Shown: in pieces, positions 1 through 11,828 of the stretch | How the letters are laid out: each line of letters begins with the position of its first letter | Position numbering within the stretch: position 1 is the stretch's first letter | Assembly (NCBI RefSeq): GCF_000150275.1 | Contig: NW_002060962.1 | Location: forward strand, 1-64,000 | Length of the DNA stretch: 64,000 nt | Source of the DNA: Trichoplax adhaerens | Lineage: Eukaryota > Animalia > Placozoa | Reading direction: 5' to 3' | The notes under the pieces: generated by a model | The model's database searches: none | Told to the model about the DNA's origin: nothing | What the model saw: the letters and a program-made list of their open reading frames with translations, nothing else | Made by a program: the position numbers and the translations under genes

Positions 1-1024
1 ATAATACAAATAAGAAAAACTTTCTAAACCTCTAGATTGCAACACTTTATAATAGGTAATTATACAAGGCGAAAAGAAATTGACTACTTCCGGAGATATC
101 ATGAATAAACTTATTCTCATATAGCTAAATAGATACTTTGTGTTATAAATATGATAAACTGCAGTTTTATTTCAGATAGAATAAAATAACAGTAAAATCG
201 CTAACACTATAGTGTATTAGTGAAGACTGGCGTTACGATGGAGGGATACTCGTTTATTTACTGTCCTATAGCTTATATTAGTTAGGATTAGTTAAGGGGA
301 TGTTAATTCGACAGGGTAGTACCATGGCAGCAGTACTGTACGTCTAATTGTCTAAGCTTTACAGCGAAATATCATAGCAAGTTATATGTAAAATATATTC
401 CTACTGAAGATATTTGTGAGAATATTAATTGATTTATGGAGTAATTATAAGAGAACTTCGCAAATTTACAGATAATCTCATCAAAATTTAAAGACATCTA
501 CTGTAGCAATATATATCTAAAATAAACGTATATTCCTATAATACTATGCAAGTATATATTATCAATAGTTAGCTATTAATTACACTATCATTGATTGAAC
601 TGTGTAATATTAAATTTTTTCGTTCGACTGATTATCTTAAAGCTGTAAATTGTAAACTCTAGCTTTACTGATCGCTGTAAACTACTGTATAGAAGAGAAA
701 AATTTCAATTACAAAGTCTCTTGACCATAATCTAGCCTATTCACGTTTCAACGTAGGTAAACATCGGTGGATTGTAACGAAATGAGCAGCACTAGGTGAT
801 AAATGTAACTGCAATGGCTAGCAACGGTCCATAATGATTTTAAAATGCGGTTATAATATTCTATTCCTTAAAACTTTAATTTTGCTTGACTATAAAATAA
901 AGTTACTTGGCATCACTAACTCGACTGCAGCAAATTATGATAATAACGAACAGTTATGCGTTATTAGTTTTATGATAAGTAGTTTACTGATGTCACAGTT
1001 ATCTTCGACTACCGATAGACTTAC

Positions 1025-1245
1025 CTTACTATAGCGTAAATTCCATCAGAAAGAGCTAAATTAATAGTTAAAGCATCACTTAAGTTAAGATTATGTGCTT
1101 TTCTTCCGATAGCGTAACATAAGATTCCATTTCCAATACAGCTGAGTAGAGTAGTAATTACCAACAAGACCAAAAATACGATAGCTGTTTCTCGCGGATA
1201 GTAAAGATCGGAGTTAGATATATTTGTGTTTAGAGAAGAGTTCAT
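1025..1245 (-). CDS. Class A (rhodopsin-like) GPCR, first coding exon; remaining exons toward or beyond the window start not resolved
   Basis: ATG at 1245 gives MNSSLNTNIS (N-glycosylation sequons), a hydrophobic TM1 ending in IGNGILC (GN motif) and TM2 INLALSD (LAxxD motif), then an AG|GTAAGT donor at 1024. A possible TM3-like piece (DEIICKFAKF) lies near 400-497 but I could not join it in phase. Confidence 0.75.
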
Positions 1246-2988
1246 CTTCAAAGATATCTTATTATCGGTATTAAAATCGCAACACGAACTATCTCGTTTA
1301 ATATAATAGATGTAATAGGATTTTAAGATCGTAGCCGTCACCGAGTGGTGGAAATAGATATTTTTTCTCTCTCTTCTTTAGGATCTATTACATTGGCTTA
1401 ATATTATTTACTATTTATGACCTATCATAATTCAATATCATAAGTTGTTATAAGAATTGGAGACATGCGAAGTACTTGAAAGTAAAGAATTTAATATAAT
1501 TATTAAGTAACGTAGTTACCATTACAGTATAGCATTATTATCATTTTACACATTCAATATTCTTTTCAAAGTCGTAGGCAAATAACAATTAGTTTTAGAT
1601 GGTTTAGATATATGTAGCTGTTTCTACACAATTGTATTTTAAATTGATGTTTAGTATTAATTTATTTATTTATAATTGCCGTAATGACGCTATTGTAGTC
1701 GATGGCCAATAAAAATATTTCCTTTTCAATTTTTCATCATTGTACATAACATAGTTTCGTCCTTTACTTTATCGTTATTGTAATTAGTTAATAACGTAAA
1801 ACGAAATTATTTTATGCCTTGATAGATGATTGAAACGAGCATTAAATAAACTAAGATAATAATACCACACTAATCTTTTCATTACGAACTGAAATGAAAG
1901 AATTGATTATTTCTAATGATTACTTTTAAAAGACTGACACGTGCAAACGTCTTACTGTTTATCGTTTATTAATTATAAGATTACCCAGTTACAATTCCTA
2001 TAGTTTGTATTCTTTCCGGAAGAGAAATGGATATAAGTAATTGTATAAAATTTATTTTAGATTAAAGGTAAACGAAGGAGGTATTAGATTTGTACACAGG
2101 AAATGGAAATAAACTCTAAGATTAATTATTGATCGATTAGCTCGTAACATACATGAAAGCTGATGGAGATTATTCTTAATTATGTAGATCCTATTTAAAG
2201 GACAACTTTAATTTTACAAATTATGATTAGTCCGTCAACCTACTCAGGTCGTTAAAACTATTACCAAAATTTAAATATATAAGACTCATGATTACAGTCA
2301 CTTTCGTCACCATTGTACGTAAGGCTATTAGTAGGACGAATTGTAAACAGATATTGTAAGGTGTTACTGTAAAATTTCCCTTTATTAGTGATCTGAATAG
2401 CCAGTTAATTTTCTTATAATTATTAAACAACTTAGTTGATCCAACTTATACGTGAGATCATCTGATTTTTGGTCGCTTAAATTTATGATTAAAATTCAAA
2501 CAAGGTATGAAATCTTTACTAATATCGCTATTAAAACATTGAGCATCTATTTGACTATTTGGCGTTTAGATTGAACGCTTCTAACGGAATATTTATTATT
2601 GCTTCCTAGAAAAATAGTCTCTTAGTGAACTTTTCATAGTAGTCACCGAGTTGGCCTCAGCAAATTAGAAAAGAATTTTTTAGTATAGCAATATCAAATT
2701 TGAAACATTCTTTTTCACGAATACGATACTCTATAAATCGGTTCCAGCTTGGTACGGTAACGTAAACAGTATCACAGCTCTGGTAGATATAGTAATGTAC
2801 AACAGTATTTCCGCTACCAATATAACAATAAAACTTCGTCTAATGAATTTTAGTTTAGGCAGTATATAAATATGAGACAGGAGTTGATATCAAAATAGAA
2901 AAATATTGATTTTGCAAACTACAATCATACTTTTGCATGAGTATTGTGATCAAATTAAGGTATAATTCAGGAAAAGTTACTTCATTCC

Positions 2989-5900
2989 TTAGTTTGGCAT
3001 CACCACTATCATTGCTATATTTGATTTAAAGCTCCATACTTTGTATGTTGGATTTTGCTGAAAAATTTTAGCAGAAGTTTTGCCTGACCCAAAGTTACTA
3101 TCTATTTTTGCTTTTGCAGATGAGATAGTACTATCGGTGTATTTGGAATTGGATGTAATTGAGTCCTTTGCTTCGATTTTAACTAGTGAGTTTTTAGTAT
3201 CTTTTGTAGTTTGATGGCTATAAATGTTTACAGATTGACTTTTTTTATCAATGTCAGACAAATCATATAAGTTGTTATTCAGAAAGGAAGATTCAGCAAA
3301 CTGAATACAGGAAACGTCCAAGCAATACTTTCCAGCACCAAAAAATACGATATGGCATTCTTGTTCAATAGTTTGAGCAATTTTTAACTGATTTAAAGAG
3401 ATAAATAGAAATTAGAGCTATAATAAAATTTACGGCAGCATTATTAGGCGTTATCAAGGCCAAAAGCAGTCTTATACCTCAGGAACAACAAGGTGCTCAG
3501 TTCCAACTACCGCACATTTATCTAATAGCTGGGTATCGTAGTAACCATTTTCGTAATCTTGGTATGATTCGATCGTAATACAAAGATTTTGCAACGGTGA
3601 GCCTAAATCGTAACGATTAATTAGTTTAGTATAATACCGTAAATTAATTATCAAAGCACTCACCAGAAATGTTGGTTATGACGGCTTTCACAGATACAGT
3701 ACTTCCAACAGTAAAAGAATCTTGCACTTCACTGCTAATTGGTTTATCGTTTACATGCACATCTGTTAAAAATATAGTTATAATACATAAAGATAAATGA
3801 CGTATCGCTTTTGATAAACAACCATTAACTAACCTATTTTTACTGGAGCCAAGGTAATTCTGTCAATCATTCCTAAAGTTAAATGGTTTGAATTAAGTTG
3901 AACTATTCCGGATTTTCCGCAAGAACGCTATGTGCACACTATTAAGGATCAAACGAAAAACTTTAAAGACAATAGTACTCCATAACGGACTCATTAGTAG
4001 ATTTTTCTGTATAACTTATAGGATACAATCCGCCATCTTAATTCTATAGCATCGGAGAGCTTCTTTAAATACAACTTTTCTTTTAATAAATTTTCCTGAT
4101 TAGAAACTTTCGCTATTTCAATTTTTTCGATAGAAATCGCAACACTGCGGAAAAAAAGGCAATAAGAGCTCCTTTAAATTAAATTGCACAAATTGCAAGG
4201 TTTTTATTTACCACAAGTACCACATGTAATAGTTGGTAAACTAACCGTCTAGCTGCCCCTTTAGGAATAAGTATGTGAGTCGGTTTACCAGTTTTAGTTA
4301 CAGTCCAGTAAAATTCGATCGAGAAAGTGGTTAAGTTTTCGACATCGAACACAATTAGGCACTCATTGCAGCTAAAAAAATTCAAAAAATTACCTATTGA
4401 GCTAGTCGTAAATGGCGCAATACTTGAAATACCAAGTAAAATATATTCACACTATAGAACAATTACCTATCGTCGGATAAAACATCAAAATTTAAAATTC
4501 TTACAGAAGGTTTTATCGTAATATTAAATACAGCTTCAATTTGACGACAGTATTCATTGTGAATGATGCCTCCACTGTAAGTACATTTCAATGCGGAGGT
4601 AATTTTTTCTGTATTAACGTCGGTAACAGCTGCAATATCGTTATATGGGATATTTAATGCAATCGGTAATTTTATAGTCTTTCTCTGTTGGCATGGTAAC
4701 TTATGTTCCAGATCTTCATTACACCAATCGAATAAGGTAGCACCACCTATTACAAATATAGTAGTCGGCATGAATGTAAAGTATTAGTTTTAGTTATTAA
4801 ATCCTTTGATCAGGGCAATACAATTGTACTCACTGTTACTGCTGCTATTAACGACTTGTAGATTTAAGAAGTTCACATCGATACATGATACGTTCTCGAA
4901 AATCATGTCGAAAGGATTTCTATTGAAAAAATCTATCATTAGCCGTTCTGGTACTCTTAAACTTTTGATGGGTAAAAATTTATCTTTACCTTTCTCCAGT
5001 ATAAGTAGTTAAATTTGTAACCAATGTTTGGATTTCATTTGATGTTGTAACTACAAAACCAGGTGATAATGTGGACGAAATACGTATCAGGGGTAACGCA
5101 GGTATAACGTCAATTTCACGACGCAAGCTTTCGTTGCAGAATGTTGACGTGCATAAGCTATTTAGTCCAAAAACTTGGCTGCTGTAGCCTAAAATATGTA
5201 ATTTGCCTTTGCTACATGGAATACCAGTTAACATCATAGACACAGGCTCAGATTTTGGAGGTAGTGCAATAGCCGCCGGATGGGGATCGAAAGCAATATC
5301 ATCCACTAACAGTGTCATCTTGCTAACCTTCACTTCAAGAGGCATGGGATTAACTAGTTTTATTTCAACTCTAAGAGTTTCATTTTGAATTGTAATTGGG
5401 ATTTCATCGGTTTTTCCTTTAGTTGATCGTTTCTGTAGTGCGGAGAATATGAAGCAGTTCTGATTATCGGAATCAGTATTTGCTAACATCTTAACAGGTC
5501 GCAATTGGGTAGGAAGTGGGACAATAGTAAATTGGATAATACAGGGAAACATTGTCATTGCCATTGGTTGGCTACCGTAATTGCGATTAAAAGTAAATTG
5601 ATACGGGCTTCCAGTGATATTTTTCGACTGCATCTCAAGAAGGGCACAGTAAGTTTGTTTATCCGAATCACTCAGTGAACTATCCATAAATTGTAAAATA
5701 AAAATAAGAAGTCGGGAAGCAATAGCAGGATCATTAAGGTGTCTCGAACACATTATTAATTCCTTTAAAACATGTAACTGAAGGGCTGGCCAACCAGATC
5801 TATCCTTAGCACATAATTGGAAATCAGGATGTAAGTTATACCCTTTCAAGGCCTTTTTCATGAGTGAATATACAGCAATCCAAGGATGATTTGTAATATT

Positions 5901-8267
5901 TCTCGATAAACACTGCATTGATGCTATACGAGATATAAAAGCAGCTTTTCGGCCAAAATTAATCTTTTCATAAATATGGCTAACAAAGCAATAACGTTGA
6001 ATTTTTTGCTCTTCGCTCAATGGATAGTTGGTATATAAGATTCTCATCAGCGTTTCTGATGTCTCTACTTTTTTATCTGCAGAAGCCAAAACATTGGCTA
6101 ACTTGATATTAGCTTCTAATTCAATTAACGGTGCAACATTGATCCTGTTATAAATTTTAATTGCTTCTAGATATCTTTCAATAACGTCATTCGTTGATAA
6201 TAGGTTAGCATTCAGCGAAGGTACAGTTGCGACAGCGTTATCATCTTTGGTCGCTACAGCATTAAAAGATGGAGATCTTCTACCTTTACCTTCAGGTAAT
6301 ACAGCAGCACTCCCAGGAGTAAGGACGTAGTCTCCACCTTTTAAAAATTAGATATCTGTATTACTAATATGTTGATTTTTTATTAGTAAAGTATAAGAGA
6401 AGTAAAGTTTATAGCAGGTTACTGCATTTTCAAATATCAGCAATTGTATTATATCGAACGTTTTCAAGCAAATGAACGACTATGCGTGCACATTATGAGT
6501 TCAATTATAAAAAGTAGCAATGACTGATCTGGTAATACTATATTCTAACTTTTTATTGATAATTTGAATGGACTATATCCCAGTAGAACTTGAACTCTTA
6601 TCTGAATGCCGCAATCGCAAAAGTACTTTACTGTTGATAAAATTTGAAAGCTCAAGCTTTCATACGCTTTGGAGAAGATAGAATCATGACAGTGTATGTG
6701 TGCATGTGTAATTGCAAAAGAAAGAACGCAACTAAGTGGTCAAGATAAAGAGTATGATTGGTTGTTATTTAGTAGATATCGGTTTTAATAAAATGCAGAA
6801 TTAATAGTTCCTATACACTTGTCGAATATAATACCCGTAGAGGGTAAAAAAAAGAATACCTCTATACATATAGTATTACACTATCATAGCTAATTTAACG
6901 GGGACAGTATTTACTTTTGCATATGATGGTAGCAGCACAGATGCCTTCTAATGCGCTGGCTAGCCAGAGTAAATCATTTGCAGAGCGTAGCCCATCGACA
7001 GCAGCAGCATAGTGGCTCAAGGCATCATAGGATAAATTGGCCAGTAAACATAAATCACCGAGTCGCTTTTTATTCCTGCCAGCACATTTCTTCTTATAGC
7101 CGCTATTACATATTTGACAAAAAAAAGTTGCACGGAATAAAAAACAATCTAAGTTAAAATATACAATACTTCCTATTTATTAAATAGCTTTGAATATGTA
7201 CGTAAGAGACACAGGTGCTACGCTCGATTTTACGACAACGCAACTAAGCACTTTATCATTCAGTATAGAATAATATTTGAATTGGGTGATGGAAAGGTTA
7301 ATAAGTCGTATTAATGATATACGGTAAATGATGATAAAACAAACAATCTTCTACTACGTCGAGATCATATTACACTATCGTACTACATTATCAAGATAAT
7401 CATATTGTTATTTCTGTAATGTTGCTATCGATCAGGTAGAAGTTGACAGACTTACCTTTGATATACATCGAAAACATTTCTGTTGCTGTCCGTTCTTGTA
7501 TCATATTAAAATAAATTACATCAGTACAGTAGAATATTTGAGTATACGCGTATACCAATTGATGTCTATTGATATCATTACAGTATAAGAGAAGAGGAGG
7601 AAATCAATTGTTGACAAATGACTGATTACTATTGCGCTGCGATTGTAATTGCTAGCGTGACAGCAATGGATAACATTGGTTTGCAATAGTTTTACCTATC
7701 ATCTTGAGATCCGCTGTCATTTTCTAATGATATTTTTAACATAGTCATTTTATCAGGCTTTTCATTCAGTTTTTCGACACGTTTAGAGTCCAAGATCCAG
7801 AATAGAGATGCACCAAATTCAGGTATTGCAGTAGATAAGACATGTTGATAGTTTTGCAAATTGATGACAATCGCTTCAGTTTGATCAGGTAACGATTGGT
7901 CAGTCATAATAATGAAACGACTATCGAATAAAGTTTCAGAATATTGGGTAAGCGTATCTTGAAATTTTTGGTTTAGTTGGGCAAATTGGTCATTGGTTTT
8001 TGTTAAATCGCCTATGCAAAATAATCCTAGAACATGCTTATGCATATGCAAGGTGCCCCAAATACGACTTTCATGAGCATGAACATTTTGAACAAATTTA
8101 AGTCTAACTACACGATTGGCATTGGGTAGGCTAACACGTTGATAACGGCTACGCAACAGCGTATAAATACGTTGAAATTGTTGACGAGGAATATTGCCCA
8201 CTGGTAGAACTAAAACTAACATACATCGATGATCAAATGTCGTTTGTGAGAAGTCAATGCCTGCCAT
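2989..8267 (-). CDS. TRAPPC9: Trafficking protein particle complex subunit 9 (NIBP/Trs120), multi-exon
   Basis: Exons include 8267-7696 (MAGIDFSQTTFDHRCMLVLVLPVG...WGTLHMHKHVLGLFCIG), 7102-6915 (YKKKCAGRNKKRLGDLCLLA...SANDLLWLASALEG), 6337-4990 (FGRKAAF, GWPALQLHVLKEL, FIFSAL, NPMPLEVKV), then smaller exons to the stop at 2989. The motifs match recalled human TRAPPC9. Confidence 0.95.
3928..4026 (-). other. U12-type (minor spliceosome) GT-AG intron in TRAPPC9
   Basis: 5' site GTATCCTAT; branch site ATCCTTAAT about 14 nt upstream of the AG; splicing joins IELRWRI to RSCGKSG in frame. Confidence 0.85.
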
Positions 8268-8601
8268 GATGAGGTGATGATCGCCCTTTTCAAGGTTGAT
8301 TTGTATCTCTTGACTCGTACACCACTCCAATGATACAGTAATATCAAGAAAATAACATGCTGGAAAGCCAATTTACCTTGACTTTGACTGAATTAAACAT
8401 GAATGACAAGATTTCAATGTTATCAAATCTACATAAGCTGTACTAGAGCGGCTAACAGCTACAACGGGTAGACAAGAATTACTGCTCAATTGGTAATAAT
8501 CTCGCAGGCGGATGATTTGACGCTGGTGATTTCGATCCTTGTAGTACCGTGTGGTAGTAGTGTGTAGTATGTGTGGAGTACAGTAGTAGGCTTGTACCTG
8601 A

Positions 8602-9033
8602 GTGCTGTGAAGATGTTGTCGGCTATAGAAGTTTTCTAATACTGTATCTCTATGGGAACTGGACAGTACTGGTACTGTGAAGAATCAAGATATTGTCGGC
8701 CATAGAAGTGCGCATACTCTGTATGGGAACTGGATAGTACTGGTACTGGTACTGGTTCTACTGGTACTGTAAAGAATCAAGATATTGTCGGCCATAGAAG
8801 TGCGCATACTCTGTATGGGAATTGGACAGTACCAGTACCAATACCAGTACCAGTACAGTGCTGTGAAGAATCAAGATGTTGTCGGCCATAGAAGTTTTCT
8901 AATACTCTCTATGGGAACTGGACAGTACTAATACTAGTACCAGTACCAGTACCAGTACAGTAGAGTGCTGTGAAGAATCAAGATATTGTCGGCCATAGAA
9001 GTTTTCTAATACTCTCTATATGGGAACTGGACA
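8602..9033. repeat. Five-copy minisatellite with a core of about 60 nt separated by short GTACTG/CCAGTA linkers
   Basis: Core TGTGAAGAATCAAGATATTGTCGGCCATAGAAG...TATGGGAACTGGACAGTAC recurs near 8602, 8676, 8768, 8862 and 8969. Confidence 0.92.
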
Positions 9034-9035
9034 GT

Positions 9036-9460
9036 AGTACTGTGGACGTTAGCCAGTTTTAATGAACGAACGTACGAACGTCCAATTTGAACGTCGGACG
9101 TTCATTGAACGTACCAACGTACACAGTGTACAGTGTTAACACTACAGTATATACATAGTGTACACTGTACAGTACGGTATAAGACTACTGTAAACTATAC
9201 ACTGTACTGTACGTAACAGCGTACAGTATACTGTAGTCATGACTAGTACTGTGGACGTTAGCCAGTTTTAATGAACGAACGTACAGTACAGTACACAGTG
9301 TACAGTGTTAACACTACAGTATATACATAGTGTACACTGTACTGAAAGTGTTTGTAAAAGACGTTTGTACTACTGTACTGTACTGTATAAGAAAGTCTAT
9401 GGCTTACAGTACTGTACTGTACACCAACGGTCTCTAGCCTAGTCTGTACTGTACTGTACA
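9036..9460. repeat. Duplicated blocks and TACAG/CTGTA low-complexity sequence between TRAPPC9 and the AIG1-like cluster
   Basis: TAGTACTGTGGACGTTAGCCAGTTTTAATGAACGAACGTAC at about 9036 and 9245; GTACACAGTGTACAGTGTTAACACTACAGTATATACATAGTGTACACTGTAC at about 9119 and 9291. Confidence 0.9.
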
Positions 9461-9929
9461 CTAATGTAGATAGAGATAATCCGGCAGCACTGGCACTCGA
9501 TTGATATACTGTCAAGCAGTTCATAACGATGGTATCAACCCCCCCCCCCGCCTATTACGCTTTGGTCAGGAGCCAACGTGGCTTGCAGTCGCTAGTTGAC
9601 AGTACAGTACTATAGGCTTTAAAGGCGGAAACACTGCAATGACGTAGCACTACCATAGCTGATCAAAGCTGAAATTAGAAACGAGGTTTTTGGACCATTG
9701 GTTTGATTATTTTGCGTGTGTTCGAGAATTGATGGTATTCAAACTATTTCAAAGTGCAATGCGTTTCGCAATCCTATGCGTAGAGTAGATGTGAATACAC
9801 TGTACTGGAGCGATCACAGGCCACACCACTAATACAGTATACTGTACTTGTACAATATTGGATAATTTCATAAATAATCAAGCCATCCAAACCGGAAAAG
9901 CCATAACAGCATCTTGAAGCAGAAATAGG

Positions 9930-10076
9930 ATGAGAAATAGGTTATGCTTGTGCGTTTACGCCAGTGGAGCGATTGTGCTTGGAATGGGCATTCAGTATGA
10001 TTGGAGATTTCTCTATAATCTACCGATATACAGTGGTGTTGCTGGGAGATGGAAATACATGACAACTTTGAATTTC
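9930..10076 (+). CDS. AIG1/ADTRP-like gene A, candidate alternative first exon 1a
   Basis: 147 nt from ATG, ending GRWKYMTTLNF|GTAAGT (phase 0); encodes TM1 plus the family KY/FxT motif. Confidence 0.85.
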
Positions 10077-10742
10077 GTAAGTTTCAACAGCTCAAGTTTC
10101 CTACCGCTAGTGATAGATTCCAACTCATTCATTCATTCATTCATTAACCTCCTAGTGAAGCAGTACCGCACTGCATTATTAATTCAATTCAATGGTCAAT
10201 TAGGAGCAACCGCAAGTACAGTAGTAAGATTCATTCATGAATTATCACAACTCTATTGCAAATGGAATAGAGCATTCTTAATATTTTGGCGGTGCTATAT
10301 AGTAGTATAGTTAGTATATTGTAAACGCTTCCCAATTTCGATGGTAAGTTATGAAATAAAAAAATGTATAATGACGTATCATTCATTCTCTTTTCATTTT
10401 CTACTAGTTTATTTTGAGATTTACAAGCGTTTACAATATGCTTCCTCAACCACATGATGATGACGTCAATTTCCTCTAAAAAAAAATGGAAAGTGAAGTC
10501 AGGAACGGGGAAGTAGCCTGTGTACAGTACAGTACTGTACACTGTACAGTGTACAGACTGTGCGACAGCTTCACCCGCTCTCCTATCCCACCCCACCCCC
10601 CGGCGTACATAATATACTGTGCTGTACAGTGGATACTGGGTAGTGTACAGTATACACCAAACTCCACTGACTCCGTGCAGCATATTTAGCCTTATTACTT
10701 GTATCATAGCCGATCGATCTATAGAACAGGGAAGCAAGCACG

Positions 10743-10889
10743 ATGAGAAATAGTTTACTTTTATGCTTTTACGCCTTTATGGCAGTTGTGTTTGGAATTA
10801 CGGCAAAGTATGATTGGGATAATCTCTGTGATATGCCGTCTCGCAGAGGATATGCTAAACGATGGAAGTATCTGACTGTATGGAATTTC
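10743..10889 (+). CDS. AIG1/ADTRP-like gene A, candidate alternative first exon 1b
   Basis: 147 nt from ATG, ending KRWKYLTVWNF|GTAAGT (phase 0). Confidence 0.87.
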
Positions 10890-11828
10890 GTAAGTACCCG
10901 CGATACTGTAGGCAACTCGACAGCGTGCCAATCCTCAATTTGCCATGTTGATATCCGTGACAGTTCATTCCTTTTTTTATACTTCTTCTTTCCGCTTCCG
11001 GTATGCGGCTATCCATAAACTATCAATAAATCCTTGATCCATAAAGCTCCAAAGTTTGCTTTGTTACTTTATGCTAACATTCCCAATTGATCCCGAATTG
11101 AAAAAAACTGAAATGATGACAAGATTATTGCTCATGGCTCGATTGCTTGATACTACCACTTGTTGATTTGAATTGCTCAAGTTACCATTAAAGTGTACAA
11201 TGTTAATTGACTGTGATGCGTACACACTACTGCGCAAGACTACTTTGACGTCATCAATCCTCTCGATCCCATTTAGCATGGGTCATTCTTTCTTCCTTTT
11301 TAGTACTCCCACTACATCGTGCCCAAACAATACTGTACTCTATAGGGCACAGTAAGCGAGTATGGTCTAGTTGAGGCTGCACTAAGCCAAAATCGGACAT
11401 CTACCTTGAACCATACTGTCTTGGTTGTCCTCATATCGAGCCACGTGGTATCGTCGGCAAGAGGTCACCCACACTGACATGACCCCTATGCCTTGACCCA
11501 AACTATCCATTTTTGCGGGACCTGCAAATATGGCAGTCTGAATGGTTGGCACGGTACTATTGTACCGTCGAGTCGAGTCTTTCTCCTATCCACAAATAAC
11601 TCCTTTGATGCATTTATTATTGGAATGATTTTATTAGAATCATTACTGCAATCCTTTAACCCAAAGTATCTTGATATCAATTGAATTGATTGAGAATCAC
11701 CGAAGCTTGTTGATAATCTTTGACCTCCGTACCGAACCTTCTTGGTGTTTTAGCCGGTATCGAGTTACTTCCAAGTAGATTAAGAATCATTTAGTGGACA
11801 GTGAAGCCTGATTGAATAATCGATTGTA

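Noticed and set aside
8602-9033. Repeat-spacer pattern resembling a CRISPR array
   Set aside because: The repeats are about 60 nt, the spacers are simple GTACTG/CCAGTA repeats rather than unique sequence, there are no cas genes, and the context is eukaryotic.
9258-10737. ORFs rich in Y/S/T/V/Q (9258-9524, 10231-10737, 10476-10667, 10486-10689)
   Set aside because: They are largely translations of TACAG/CTGTA low-complexity sequence.
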